Origin: an uncultured Bdellovibrionales bacterium
GTDB taxonomy: Bacteria; Patescibacteriota; Minisyncoccia; Moranbacterales; GWC2-37-73
Reading direction: 5' to 3'
NCBI GenBank assembly: GCA_964484505.1
Contig: CAZAFB010000002.1
Coordinates: 9,679-73,678 of the forward strand
DNA length: 64,000 bases
The translations under genes were made by a program, and so were the position numbers. The notes under the pieces are model-generated. The model made no database searches and was not told the origin of the DNA. It saw only the letters and a program-made list of their open reading frames with translations. Shown here piece by piece: positions 1 to 13,600 of the stretch. Numbering within the stretch: position 1 is the stretch's first letter; each line of letters opens with the position of its first letter.

Positions 1-1594
1 CAGCCACAGTAAGGGCTTGACCGAAGCTAGAGCTGCTTTCTCCGGTAATATAAACATTAGCATCGGATCCTGCGATCATCGTTGAACTGTAACCCCCTCC
101 GGAATTTTGATAAAACAAATAAGTTCTACCCGCACTTGAACTATAACTCCTTGCTCCCACTACCAAATCAATTTTACCGTCTGAATTAAAATCTCCCGAA
201 TTAACAAAATTACCAAAACTCGATGAGCTTTCTCCTGTTACGATTACATCCGCAGAATTAGCAGTGTCAGGATATGAATCATCATTATAAAAGATATACG
301 CACGTCCATAGTCTGTATTATAAGTATAAGCTCCTACCGCAAGATCGGTTTTTCCATCGGAATTGAAATCGCCCTTAGTCAAAGCTGTTCCAAAATTGGA
401 AGCTGCCTCTCCAGTTATTATCACATCAGCCCCTATTACACCTTTGGAAGAAATATTATTATTGTAAAATACATATACCCTGCCAGCACTTGAATTATAA
501 GCTGGCGCTCCTATTACAAGATCAATTTTTCCATCTGAATTATAATCACCCACTTCCATAAAACCAGATCCGATCATTGACCCACTCTCCCCATTTATCA
601 CCGTCGCAGTTGTACTTTGACCGGGCGCGGTGAATGAAAGCGTCGGATCAAGGGCGATAGGATAACGCTCGGTTTTGATGTTCAGTTCGACAGCAATGGT
701 GGAATTGATGTCATCAATGAGCCAATCAGAATAATCCTTGGTACCATATTTGTCGATGAAAAACGGCCTGGGGATGATGAAGTCGGGAGCTTGATCTTCT
801 TGGGTTGAATTGCTATTTTTCAGATCTTCAGCCACCACTTTTTGGGCACGTTCAAGGAGACTCGGATCTACTTGGGCTTTTGCTTGTTCGTTTTGTTGGT
901 CCTGGTCACTGAAATAATACACTTCGACTTCCCCATCCTCATTGAGTTTTAGTTTGGCATTCTTGAAAGCATAGGCTTCTTCTTCGTGTCCGTTGCCTTT
1001 TTTATATACCAACCAGTTTTTGAGTTTTCTTTCACCTGAAGTCTGTTCTTTCTGGTAACCATAATAAAGCGCTTTTCTGTCGTCTTTAGTTTGGTACTTG
1101 ATGTATTGTTTTTCGTTTTTGGCTTCTTCGATTTTCGTAAGATCTTGATCTGCTTGCTGGCTTGGTGTCGGACTTTCCATGGTAAGTGTTTTTGCGGAAA
1201 TTCCTTGGGAATTTTTATCTTCCATGAAGATGGAACGTTGGCTGTCCAGCTTGATTTCGACAGGCTCTGCGTAGTTTTTGGGAAGATTTACAGAAAAATT
1301 TGCTTTCTTCTCTTCTTGCTGCTGGTCAGCATAGTGAATTTCCAATCCTACACTGCCATCATCTTTTATTTGATAATATTTGCCATCTTCGGAATCTCCA
1401 ATTTGAACGGTTGGAATTTGGTTGAAATCATTAATAATTCTATCCTTTATCGGCTCGACGGATTCCAATTCGGTCTGCAAAGTAAGCGGTTTGTCCTGAC
1501 GATTCCACATTTTAACCACCACAAAAACCAACACGCCAATAACAGCGGCAATTCCCAAGAAAGACAGCAATATTTTTTTATTTATATGCTCCAT
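1..1594 (-). CDS. Membrane-anchored FG-GAP (integrin-alpha-like beta-propeller) repeat surface protein, truncated at window edge; absent from the ORF track
   Basis: ATG at 1594 reads MEHINKKILLSFLGIAAVIGVLVFVVVKMW (TM). The same frame gives GDYNSDGKIDLVIGAPAYNSSAGRVYVFY, GDFNSDGKTDLAVGAYTYNTDYGRAYIFY and GDFNSDGKIDLVVGARSYSSSAGRTYLFY, which are FG-GAP repeats. Confidence 0.85.
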   Translation of the reverse strand, partial: MEHINKKILLSFLGIAAVIGVLVFVVVKMWNRQDKPLTLQTELESVEPIKDRIINDFNQIPTVQIGDSEDGKYYQIKDDGSVGLEIHYADQQQEEKKANFSVNLPKNYAEPVEIKLDSQRSIFMEDKNSQGISAKTLTMESPTPSQQADQDLTKIEEAKNEKQYIKYQTKDDRKALYYGYQKEQTSGERKLKNWLVYKKGNGHEEEAYAFKNAKLKLNEDGEVEVYYFSDQDQQNEQAKAQVDPSLLERAQKVVAEDLKNSNSTQEDQAPDFIIPRPFFIDKYGTKDYSDWLIDDINSTIAVELNIKTERYPIALDPTLSFTAPGQSTTATVINGESGSMIGSGFMEVGDYNSDGKIDLVIGAPAYNSSAGRVYVFYNNNISSKGVIGADVIITGEAASNFGTALTKGDFNSDGKTDLAVGAYTYNTDYGRAYIFYNDDSYPDTANSADVIVTGESSSSFGNFVNSGDFNSDGKIDLVVGARSYSSSAGRTYLFYQNSGGGYSSTMIAGSDANVYITGESSSSFGQALTVA

Positions 1595-1628
1595 TTGAAA
1601 TTTTTTGAGGACCGGTTCCTTTTTTTAA

Positions 1629-4600
1629 CTATTTAGCAAGGACAAAGGCGGCACTTTTTGCAGTTATTGTGCCGTCAGTATTGGTTTGACACACATACAC
1701 CTCATATTGTCCCCCGGCAAAATCCTTGCTTAATGATATTTCCCAGTTGCCATTATTGTCAGCAATCGTACCGGCAGTTGAAATTTGGCCATCCGAACCA
1801 TAGACGAAAACCGTAATTGAACGATTGCTAGGCACTGTTCCTGTCGCACTCAAAATAACATTGGCGGTTTCATTCTCCACAAATGCGGCATTGATGATAA
1901 TGAAATTATCATTGATTTCGCCTGAAAATTTCGGGTTGGAAAAACTTATTTTATCCCCTTTGTTTCCGTCGGAAGCTTCCAATGGATTATAACCATAGCG
2001 AAGTTCATCGCCATCTAGGAAAGTGTCACCATCGGTATCATATGAATAGGGATTCGTGCCGAGGCGATTTTCTTCTTCATCCACAAGCCCGTCTCCATCA
2101 GAGTCTACCGGCCCGTTGAAAGATTCGGTTGTTTGCGTTTTGACTGTTGGCACCGCTTCGGTCTCGTCCTTGCTTTCCACAATCCACCAGTCGAATGAAA
2201 TATCTTCCGTCACATTACCCTTAACTGAAACAACAAATCCCTCGCTTGGTTTCTTTTGGGTTACGGCGAGCGGATATTCGGCTGCCACTTTTGCCGTTAC
2301 GAATATCTTGGAATTATCAGTGACCGCCTTGGTTTTAATTTCCACATTGCTATTGTTTGCCCTGATGACAGCTTCCCCTATGGTTTTGGCTTCCGGATCC
2401 GTAATTTTAACCGTAAACACTCCTGCAACCATTTCTGCAGCGGTAATTTTGCCATCGAGCAAATCAACATTTCCTATTTCGTCTTTGTATATCATCTTTT
2501 GCACATCAAGCGCAATGGCGAAATCGAGAATTGCTTGATTTTGAGCATTGATCAGTTCCATTTGACTTTCCAATGTGGTGATTCGATTAACTTGGGCATT
2601 GAGCTGACTGCTCAAATCAGCAACTATCGTAGATTGGGATGCGATCGATTGTGTCAACTGAGCTTGAGCCTCGGTTATAATTCTGTTTACCTTGTCCTCA
2701 ACATCCATTTCGGCGATTCTTTGAGATACTTCTTCTTCCACCTTTTCCACGGTGAGCGATTTATTTCTGCGAGAGATGAGCACTTGGATAATTCCTTCTC
2801 CTTGTTGGATAGGCTCAAGAGCAACACCGACAGTAGAATCGCCGGAGTTTGCTTTCATAACATACCCTGGCTTGGTGGCTGCAGTAAGAGAATCTCCCGG
2901 ATTAATCTGTCCGTTTTCTGTGGATACTTTGGCGGGAACTTGTCCGAGCATACCGACGATGACGTAATTGTTGTCGAATTCCCTGCCCGGCTGAGCATTA
3001 CCCAACACTGAAGGAGAAGTGGAGACAATGCCCATAAGGTCAGGATCTTCTGCTCGAGTACAGCGCTTAACAGCATTGGAATTGTTGGTGTCTACGCATA
3101 CTGCTTCCCCAGGAGCAAGATCATGATCTTTTGTTTTGAAGAATTCGGCGTAGTCCGCGCTTCCATTAGTCCAAGCGTTGGAGTTATTAACATAAGCAGG
3201 GCTGGTACCGTCGCTATTCCAGTCTACATAGAACTTATAGGTGGCAGGGCTGGTTACGCCGATTCCCACGTTTCCTGAGCCGTTGATGGTTAGATAGGTA
3301 TTTGATCCTGCAGCTGCGCCGGAACCTATTTTGAAGAAGTCATCGGTATCATCTTGTCCTACATAGAAATCACGGGTGTTGCCGTCAAAGAGAACCAGTT
3401 GATCAGTGGCTGTTCCAGCTCCGAGGGTAATTGATGATTGACTAGTATCGGAACTGGTCATGGTCAAGATGCCGGTATTTCCGGTTGATAGGTTAGCGTA
3501 GTTGGAAGAATTGTAGGAAAGTCTGAGGCCATTGGTTGTGCCAAATATATCCAAGCTTGCTCCTGGCGTGGTGGTGCCAATGCCGAGGCGGCTATTGGTA
3601 TCATCCCAATACATTGTGGAGAATGCAGTCCAGGTACCGGCATTATTATAGAGCATCTGACCTTCTGTTCCGGAAGGCATACCGGATCCTGCCGCTGCCC
3701 AATATCCAGCCCCTGTTCCATCGGAAGTCCATACTTGACCGGAGGTTCCGGCAGAGCCAATGAAATATGCTCCGTAGGTGGATATGTCATAGCCATCGAC
3801 AGTACCGGAGATAATAAGATTGCCATTGATATTTGTATTTCCATTTACATCAAAAAGATACCCTGGGTCGCTGGTTCCGATTCCTACATTGCCATCTTGT
3901 TCTATAACTAAACGATTCAAACCACTGGTAAACATATTGATTCCATAATATCCGGAAACATAAGCTCCACTTTCGCTACCTGCATATGGTGTCGGGCGAT
4001 GAAATCCAAAACCGTAATGGTTCAAATACAATCCATTATAGGTAAAGTCATCATCAGATGTATTTGTGATACCGGGAGAATCATTATCCGTAGCACTTGC
4101 TCTGGAAATCTTGAGAATTCCGTTATTCAAATCAAGTTTTTCTCCCGGACTTGTCGTGCCAATGCCGATATTTGTTCCATTGTCATATATATTGGAATTT
4201 TCCAGGGCACTCGTTCCATTGAAGCGTGGAATGTAATTGTCTGTTCCGGAAATGGATGAAGCGGTTGCGTAATATGAACCATGTTGTCCATCGAGGAGGT
4301 CGGCGTTGAGGTTGGTATTGAGTGTTGTTGAGGTTACGGCTAATGGAGCTGTTCCTGTTGCCAGAGTTGAGGTGAGTTGTCCAGACATATTTAGTGTAGT
4401 GATTCCGGAAATCGCTCCTGCGCTTGAAATGTCCCAATCATTGCTATTGATAGCAATATCATCACCGCCGTCACCGAGTACCACTTGTCCATTTGCAGTA
4501 AGGGTTCCGTTGGACGTCAAGTTCGTGATAGCTGTAATTCCTGCCGGAAAAGTAACGTTCTTGTCTCTATCATAATATTCAGCATTTCTTCTTGCCGCTG

Positions 4601-7600
4601 GATAACCGCCCATCCACTCTATTCCATACAAAGTAAACGGATTCGCATATGTGGCAGATGCAATTGAAAATGTAATTCTAACTTGACCATATTGGGATGC
4701 GTTTGCGCTATACCATATAGGTGTATGAGGTATATAAACATGTCCAGGCCAGTTTGAAGTAGTACCATTGGTTATTTCCGTCCATCCATTGGTATTGTGA
4801 TAAGCTTCAATCTTGAAATTAACATTGTTTCCATTGGTTGAACAATATACATATAAGGCATTAAGAGAAATATATCCTGTACCGCCAGCCGCGTAGTCCC
4901 AAGTTAATCTATAATATCCCGAGCCACCAACGCTTGGCGCAGGTATGGCATTAACACTAGTTGATTGGCCTTCTCCAATCATCAAGTCTTTTAGATTATT
5001 TGTTGAAAGTCTTGTTGATGGCGTCCAAGTAGAACCATCTGCAGATTCTTCCTGCGAATATGCCGGTATAAATCTGAATTTATTATTGAATTGTCCATGG
5101 AAAAGCGCCATTTCTTCTACAGTTGGCGTTCCAAGATTGCTAGTTACGGTATTGAGAGCATTTTTCACTCCGGTTATTGTTCCGTTTACGGTCAAGGTTC
5201 CATTTACAGTTAACAAGTTACTATTAAGAGAAAGGAGGTCCGTATCAGAAGTATGACCTATGTTGGTGCCATCCAATCTTATATTATCAATAGTAGCAAT
5301 AGATCCAGTGTAGGAATTAGAAGTATTTGATAAAGTTAGAGCGTTGCTATATGTTCCAGAAAGCGAAGCATTAAGCAATAAGCCTGAGCCATCAATACCG
5401 TGCGATGTGTCGTCAACATAAAGACCTCCATCAGCCCTAAAATATTGTGGCGTATATATGTTCTTGGCAATATTCTGGTTAATTCTGAACCAAGTAGTGT
5501 CAGTGGAAGTCAATTCACCAACTTGAGTTGTGCCGTTATAGACTTTAATTGTTCCATTGGTATAAATATTGCCATTAACCGAAAGTTTTTCTCCCGGACT
5601 TGTCGTGCCAATGCCGATATTTGTTCCATTGTCATATATATTGGAATTTTCCAGGGCACTCGTTCCATTGAAGCGTGGAATGTAATTGTCTGTTCCGGAA
5701 ATGGATGAAGCGGTTGCGTAATATGAACCATGTTGTCCATCGAGGAGGTCGGCGTTGAGGTTGGTATTGAGAGTGGTTGAAGTCACGGCAAATGGCGCCG
5801 TGCCGGTTGCCAGAGTTGAAGTGAGTTGTCCAGACATTCCGATTGTCGTAACTCCGGAAAATGCTCCAGCGGTTGAAACGTCCCAGCTACTGGAATTTAC
5901 CGCAATAGTGTCTCCTCCATCTCCAATAGTTAGCGCTCCGGTAGTCGTCAAAGTTCCGGAAATATTATTGCTTCCGATTGTTCCTCCAGAAATCGTGATG
6001 GTATCGGCAACATATCCGTCAGCAATCGCATTACCACCCCAGGTTGCGTTCGAAATAGTCGAACCATTTATTGATATGAAACTGCTATTGGAATATATCC
6101 TCAGTGTACCATCAGCATCCAAAGATTGAATACCAGCTCTAAATGTTCCGCCGCTAGTTCCAGAAATGAGCCAAGTAGCTGAAGAGCCTGTGCCCATGGT
6201 AACATTCATACCTCCAGTATCTATACCATTGGTTGATCCCCAGCTACTACTGCGACCAGTTGTATAAACTCTGGAAAATGTCGGGCTGCTTGTTGTGAGG
6301 ACTGCTTGATTTAAATATGAAGCAAATTGATTACCATCCCAAAGATCAGCATTAAGATTGGAGACCAAAGTGGTTGAGGATACTGCTAACGGCGCCGTGC
6401 CAGTTGCAATTGTCGAAATCAATTGATTGTCAGTCCTGATTGCCCCACCGACAACATCAATTTTTGTCCCAGGACTTGTCGTTCCAATTCCAACATTTCC
6501 AGAATTTTTTATGGTCATCTTGACATCAGACATTGACACATTCGTGCCGTCCAGTACACCATTTAACGCAAAATGAAGATCACCAGTACCCCAAGTTCCA
6601 GTCCTTTGATGGTATATGGCTGATTTTATTGAATTTCCTCCTGCCACATATCCCTGAAAACCAATACCAGTCACTTCATTAGAAGCCAAAGGAGCCCCGA
6701 TCACTAATCCCACTTGGTTAGTGTTTGTGTCAACAATATGAGTTTTTGCTATCGAACTCGTCGTTCCAATTCCCACACTGCCCCCTACCGGATTAAGAGC
6801 GAGACTTCCATCATTAGCTATCCCTGTGTGCTTAGACTGAATGAAAGAATAACCAGCAGAACCCGCTCCCGCCACCGCACCAAGTTTGACTCCAACGTCA
6901 TTTAGTCCAGAATCAGTATCGAAACTCATTATTCCATAAGTAGTAGCATCTCCGGAAGTTCCAAGAATTTGTAACTTAGCCTGTGGACTCGTCGTTCCAA
7001 TTCCGACATTACCACTCGAATCTATACGAAGTCTTTCCGTACCGCCGGTTGAAAGTCCCAATGTGTCGGCAATCGGATTATAAATTCCCGTATTCTTGTC
7101 TCCCGTAAAAGTGAGGCTTGGAAGCGCTGCTGTTCCGGAGCCCATTCCGACGGTTCCGTTAAGATAAAGACTTCCGTTTTGGATAGCACTTGATGTCGAA
7201 TCAACGAGACGGGTAATGTCTGTGCGATAATAATCCTCAAATTCTCCGCGATTGTAGTACAATTGGGTCTGCTGTTCAGGAGTTAAATAGGCATCAAAAA
7301 CAGCCAAGCCCGCAATTTGAGCGTTTGCTTGATATGCGCCAGCATCATCCGAACCGATATACAAAGTTTTTCCCGTCGGATCTTGCGGTGTCCAACTGGC
7401 ACTTGAAGTATAACTGTTTCCATTAAGATAACAACGATTGTAGTTCCAATACCATCCGCAAGAAAGATGATTCCAGCCGTATCTGGTCACATCAGTCGTT
7501 GAAGTCGTTGATGTGGTCACCCATGCAGAACCGTTCCAATGATCGATAGAGAAACGATCATTCGTCGCATCCAAACGAACCCGTAATTCATTGGGGATGT

Positions 7601-10600
7601 ATAAAAGATATTTATCCGTATTATCACTTGTGATTGCGCGAGTCCATTGAGGCTTGAACCAGAAAGAAAAACCTCCCTTTTCTGATTTATAACTTGCCGG
7701 TACTGGGTATGACAATTTTTCTCCTGCGCGTGTAATTTCAGCAGTCGTGGTTGGGACATATGTTGTCGGAAAATATACGCTGCCGTTCGCCGCACTACGT
7801 TCAACTTGGATTCCATCAATATAAATGTTGCGGCTGGCGGATGGAAAATAAACTCCCACATCCCAGTTATTTGCGGCAGTGCTATCAAATTCACCGGTCA
7901 AACGATACCAACCATCCCCCAAAGGAGTGTAAGTAGTGGAAAGCGCGGTCAATCCATCATCTGTTCTAGCATAAAGACTTGCTATGGTCGAAGACATGTC
8001 AGCCCCCCAATAGCTTGTTTCATTTCTCCAGACATATGCTGAAACTTGGTGCTTCGTACCGGCAGTAACCTCTGAAAGATCGACTGTTTGGAAAACGCGA
8101 CAGGCAGCAGTGGAAGTCATATTTCCCGAATAAGTGCCATGCAGTGATTTGCCGGTCGATTGCGAAACAGAACATCCGGAACTTGCACTCCACTCACTTG
8201 GCGTCGATTCAAAAGAAGAATTTAGCAAAATATTCTTGCGCGATTCTTCCATATATATACCGAAATTTCCAGTCTTTGTTCCGGTGTCATAATAATAGTT
8301 ATTGGAATCAAACCCGCGATCTATTCGAGGCTCATTGGCGTTCTTGCTGACATATTTCAAACTGTTTTCATCAAGCGCCACCGCGCTACCGCTTGAAGCA
8401 TCAGTTCTTTGGAATGTTCCTACTTCTTTGCGAGAACCATCGATCGTGCCTTCGAAAGGAAGATGCAAGACGATATGCGATGAGAAATTGGAAGAGTTAT
8501 TGAGTCCGACATATCCGGTGTTTATGTATGAAGTGGAAAGAGTCCCTGTACTCACCGAACCTCCATACAATTCGCCTGATACACGTATACTTCCTCGCTG
8601 ATATGTGCGATTGCTTTGCTGAAGCATCACCAAATCACTCCTTTGATAATCCTCTATCGGCGCTTTGTCATTGTATATCTGAAGCACTTCGGCTTTGGTA
8701 AGACTACGACCAAAGATGGCAAAATCGGAAATCAAGGAATCAGCTCTGCCGCCCGCACTTGATTTGCTTCCCACATATAGCAGCGTATTTGTAGCCAACT
8801 GCTGAGTCTGGGCTGTCCATGAGGTCGCCGTAGCGACATATTCAATCCCGTCGAAATTTAAAACAAGTCCGGAAGTTGCATCCCATCTTACCGATACATA
8901 ATGATCTGTTCCGCCAACAAATGTTTGTGCCGGGGAGGAAACGGAAACTGTGGTCCAATTACTGCCGTTATACATCTGCGCATAAACCTTATCATCAGCC
9001 GCGCTATAGAAAATCTGAATAACATTCGGAACCTGCATAAGATAAAGGTCAGTTGCTGGCTTGTCATATGGCCACTCCGGTCTCCACCAAAATGACACTG
9101 TTCCTTTTGCAGGATCGATCAAAAAGTCGCTGCTCTCCGTGTTGCCGGTTCCGCGCCAGGCGTAATAATAGAGTGTTTCCTCGCCGCGGTTTCTTTGATT
9201 TGTGCCATTATTATAGATAAGTGAAGTTTCATATGGCACACCATTGGTGGTGTTGTAATCCGCTTCAATTTGACAACCATCCAATTGAATTTGTTTGCTC
9301 GCTTTGACGTTTACTCCATAATTAATCGCTCCGCCTGTTCCCGTGACTGTTCCCGAAATCTTATACCACCCACCCTCAACAGGTTTATATGAAGTAGCTA
9401 TAGCGCCATTGGCATAAAGCTCAACCACGGAGGAATCAACTGCACTGCGCACTGATCCTGATGTCGTATTTAACGCATAACAATAAAAGGGATAGCTTTG
9501 TCCGCTGGTAAGCGTATGCGAACGATAAGCGTTTCCGCCGGTAGCATTGGTATCACCAAGCGTAGCGGAATATGATTGGTGCTTCTTGTAGCCTGTCGTG
9601 GTGGTGAAAGTTTCCAAACCGCTGTTTGTCCATCCGCTTATTGAGCCACCGTCTTCAAATGAGGCATATTGGAAAAGATTACGTCTGCCGTTTTCCACCC
9701 AAACACCTTTGCCAATGTTTGTTTTTTCAAAGCGCGGAGTGTTGTTATATACATAATCATGGGTTATATATCCTGAGTCTGCAGTATAGGTAGCAGATGA
9801 ACCACTGGAAGTATCCGTTCTGGTATAATAGTCAGTATTTCCGCGAGATGATGAAAGTGAGTTTTGCATCGGCAAATAGAAAAGCAAATCATCGGCAATC
9901 ATTGAATTAGATAATCTCTGACCAGTTGGCAAATCGATATATGTGGAGCCTACTTTCAATCCGAGGTTTGTGTTGTCGCCGACAATATTGAGCAATCCTT
10001 CCGGGTTGGTCGTTCCAATGCCAACGCTTCCTGAAGCGCTGATCCGAAGACGTTCCGTTCCTGCCGTGGAAAAATTCAAAGTGTCATCGCCAGAGCTGAA
10101 CATTCCCGTGTTGGCATCGTTGTTGAAAGAAAAATTTGCATTTGACGCGCTTCCCTGATTGCTATATGCATATATATTGCCTACGCTCGTGATATCATTT
10201 GCGCCAAAGGTGATGTTGCCATTGGCAACCTCCAGGCTGGAACTTGGACTGGAAGTTCCGATTCCGAGTCTTCCGTTTAAATTATCCCAAAAAAATGAAC
10301 CGTTGTTTTGAGTGAGAAGTCCCCCGGTTCCGGCAAAAACCACTGATCCTTGCGTAAATCCGGTGGGAGTTATTGCCCCGGCAATGTTCGTGGCATACAC
10401 GTTTGCCCAACGATATGTGCCTGATCCTAAATTATATGTGTTATCAGCATCCGGTCCGAGATTTCCGGCAATCTGCAACTTGAAATTCGCCGGATTTGTC
10501 GTCCCAATGCCTAGATTTCCTGTACTTTGCTGCAGGAAGACTTGCCCGGAATTGAAGTTAAAATCTCCTGCACTGCCTACTGTCAACCTGGTCGTATCCG

Positions 10601-13600
10601 CTGTTTCCAAGTTTATACTATTGGCAGTACTAGTACCGAGATACATCGTATTGTCAGAATATATGTTAGCACCTGTGCCAAGTCCGCTTCCGGCAATATA
10701 TATGTTATATGTATCAGTAACTTGAAATCTTTTAGAGGGGTTTGTCGTTCCTATTCCGATATTCGTTCCATCGTTATATAGCAACGAATTCGCAACCCAT
10801 CCGGAACCATTGTTGCGTAAGGTTTGCCCGCTTGTGCCGCTTGGCAATGCGCCGCCGCCAGTTAAGTTAACTCCGTTCCAATATAGGTTTCCGCTGACGT
10901 TATACATCTTGTCGGTCACTGTTCCCGGTGCAGTCGTCTGCGCAAGACGAAGGCGACCATTTACATCAAGCGCCTCGGCAGGAGAAGTTGTGTTTATTCC
11001 AACCAAGCCATTATTCAAAACCAAAACGTCGCTATCCCATCCGGCAGCTCCTCTTGTTCCAAACTGCAGTCTAGCATAAGCATTTGTTGTATCGTAATAT
11101 ACTGCGCTTATACCGGCAGCGATGCTTCCGCTAGAAGTGCCTCTGAAGCCTATCCCGGACCACGTGTTATTTGTTCCGTTGGAATTTCTTATTATCAATT
11201 CCTCACCTCTTCCCCAAAGACTCGTGCTCGAATCTGATTTATTCACCTCCAATACAGCAATTGGATTTGTGGTACCAATACCGACATTGCCACCGTTGAA
11301 AGTAAAACCTTGTGTCTGGTTAGTATTGAATTGGAATTGATTGGAACCATATATGATATTGTTACTCGTGTTATTAAAATACAGATTCGCACCACTGCCA
11401 TCACCAATTTGAAGCGATCTGGCCAGACCGGACAAGATAACGTCACCATTGACATCCAATTTCTTTCCCGGACTTGTCGTCCCGATTCCCACATTGCCTT
11501 GAACATAAAGTCCGTTTGTGGGCGCACTATTTCCATAGTCACTCGTTATAGCCAAAGAGCCAACCTTTACAGGCAGTGCCGACCCGCCATCAGAAAAGAA
11601 TCCCGCATATGTTCCAGGTGAATAAATTTGACCGCCGATTCTGATTGCGCCATTTACATCCAAAGTGCGCGCGGGACTCGTTGTCCCAATTCCGACATTG
11701 CCACCAAAATATGATTTTGTTGAACCGGCGGTATAAATTGCAAAATTATTCGTCGAGCCTTTAACTAAATCAAAAACATATACACCATATTGCGTTCCGA
11801 TCGTTCCGGCACCGCTACCGTCATTGACCATCAGGCCATATGCATTGTTAGTAACATGTCCTGCTCCCGAATCAACTCTTGTCCAAAGAGCATGCGCATA
11901 ATCAGTTGTTCCACCGCTTCCATTGTTCCCTATCAACGACAAAACGCCCGTAACCGAGCTTACAGTTCCGCTTGTTATATTTGAACCGGTATTCAATCGC
12001 AAACCTTGCTTAAGTCCGGTATCTGCAATACCAAATGCTGTGTTGATAAATGCTCCATATTGTTCACTGGCGACAGCGGTTGAATATGTCTTCGAAACAG
12101 CAAGCATTGCTCCCGGATTTGAAGTTCCGATTCCGAAATTGCCTCCCATAAAATAACTGTTTCCATTTGTACTTATCTTGGTAGCAACGCCAGAATCGCT
12201 TGTTATATTTAGATATGCATCACCATTGTTTTCCAGTCCGAGACCGCCTCTGAAATTATCCCCACTGTTTTCAAATATTCTGAATGCATAGGTATTATCT
12301 ACTTGAGCTTGAATAGTTCCTTCTACATCAAATTTGTAAGCGGGACTTGTCGTTCCGATTCCCACATTGGTTCCGTTGTTATACAAAACCGAATTTGCAA
12401 TCCATGAAGTTCCGTTGTGACGGAGAGTTTGTCCGCTCGTTCCACTAGGAAGCGCGCCACCGCCGGAAAGATTGACTCCGTTCCAATATAGCGCGCCACT
12501 GACGTTGTAAAGTTTATCGGTCGTCGTAGCAGGCGCGGTTGTCTGCGCAAGACGAAGGCGACCGTTAACATCCAGAATTTCAGCAGGTGATGTTGTGCCG
12601 ATTCCAACGTTGCCACTGAAAAATCCATCTACACTAAAAATATCTCTCCATCTCAAAGAATCACTGCCCAGATCTCTTGTATCATTAGCACTTGGATAAA
12701 TACCGTTGGAAGTAAAATTTAATCTGTTAAATCCAGCAACATATACTTGTAATGTATCGTCTGCGCTTTCATAAAATCCAGTATCTCCATCGCCAAAGGA
12801 AAGTCCGCTCGCAGAAAATGTATAGCTCGTATCACTGATATGAAATCTAGTTGCAGGACTCGTCGTTCCGATTCCCACACGATTATTTGTCGAATCGATG
12901 TTTAAAATGCTGGTGCCGGATGCGTTTTGGAAATTTAGCGCGCTTGTTCCATTTGCCAGCATCCAGGGTTGCGGTTGCATCAGAGTCACTCCGCCGGCTG
13001 CATCCAAAACAACATCTCCGTTGTTAAAAGTGCGCAGCGTCAAATCATTTGATTCGAAAAGTTCGCCAACTTCGATCGTGAACGGCGCATTGGTTTTGAT
13101 ATTCGAAGCAGTTTGATTTGTGAAAATCAAATCATATGCCATCGAAACATCCCCGGAAGCAGTGAAAGAAGTCGGCACATTGAAAGATGCCTGAGTTGAA
13201 GAAATCGTCATCACGTCCGTGCCGCTCGCATTGAGCGTCAAAAGATTCCCGGTTCCATCGGAGCGAATGAAGAGACCTCCGGCGGCAGCACCCGTGTTGG
13301 AGTTATAGAAATTCGCGGCATAATCATTTACCGAAACATCAAGATCAATCGGGCCGTTCAGGTCAAGCGTGCCATTGACGGTCAACATATTACTCGCAAG
13401 ATTCAAAAGGTCGGTGTCAGAGGTGTGTCCGATTGTCGTGCCGTTAAGATAGAGATTATCTACCGTTGCGGCAGTTATATTTTGCAGTGCGCGAGCGGAA
13501 GTCAAAACGCTCGTGCCTCCCATGCGAAGTTCCGCACTGCCGATGATGTCAACATAGCTTGCGCCAGTTGCCAAATATGTCGAAGAAAAAGTCGTTACAT

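Noticed and set aside
1091-1636. 181-aa plus-strand ORF and the many other short ORFs overlapping long minus-strand genes
   Set aside because: These are antisense or alternate-frame shadows of well-supported genes, with no motifs or RBS.
4134-5771. Diversity-generating retroelement TR/VR pair
   Set aside because: The core copies are identical and the diverged flank is not adenine-specific; there is no reverse transcriptase in the window.
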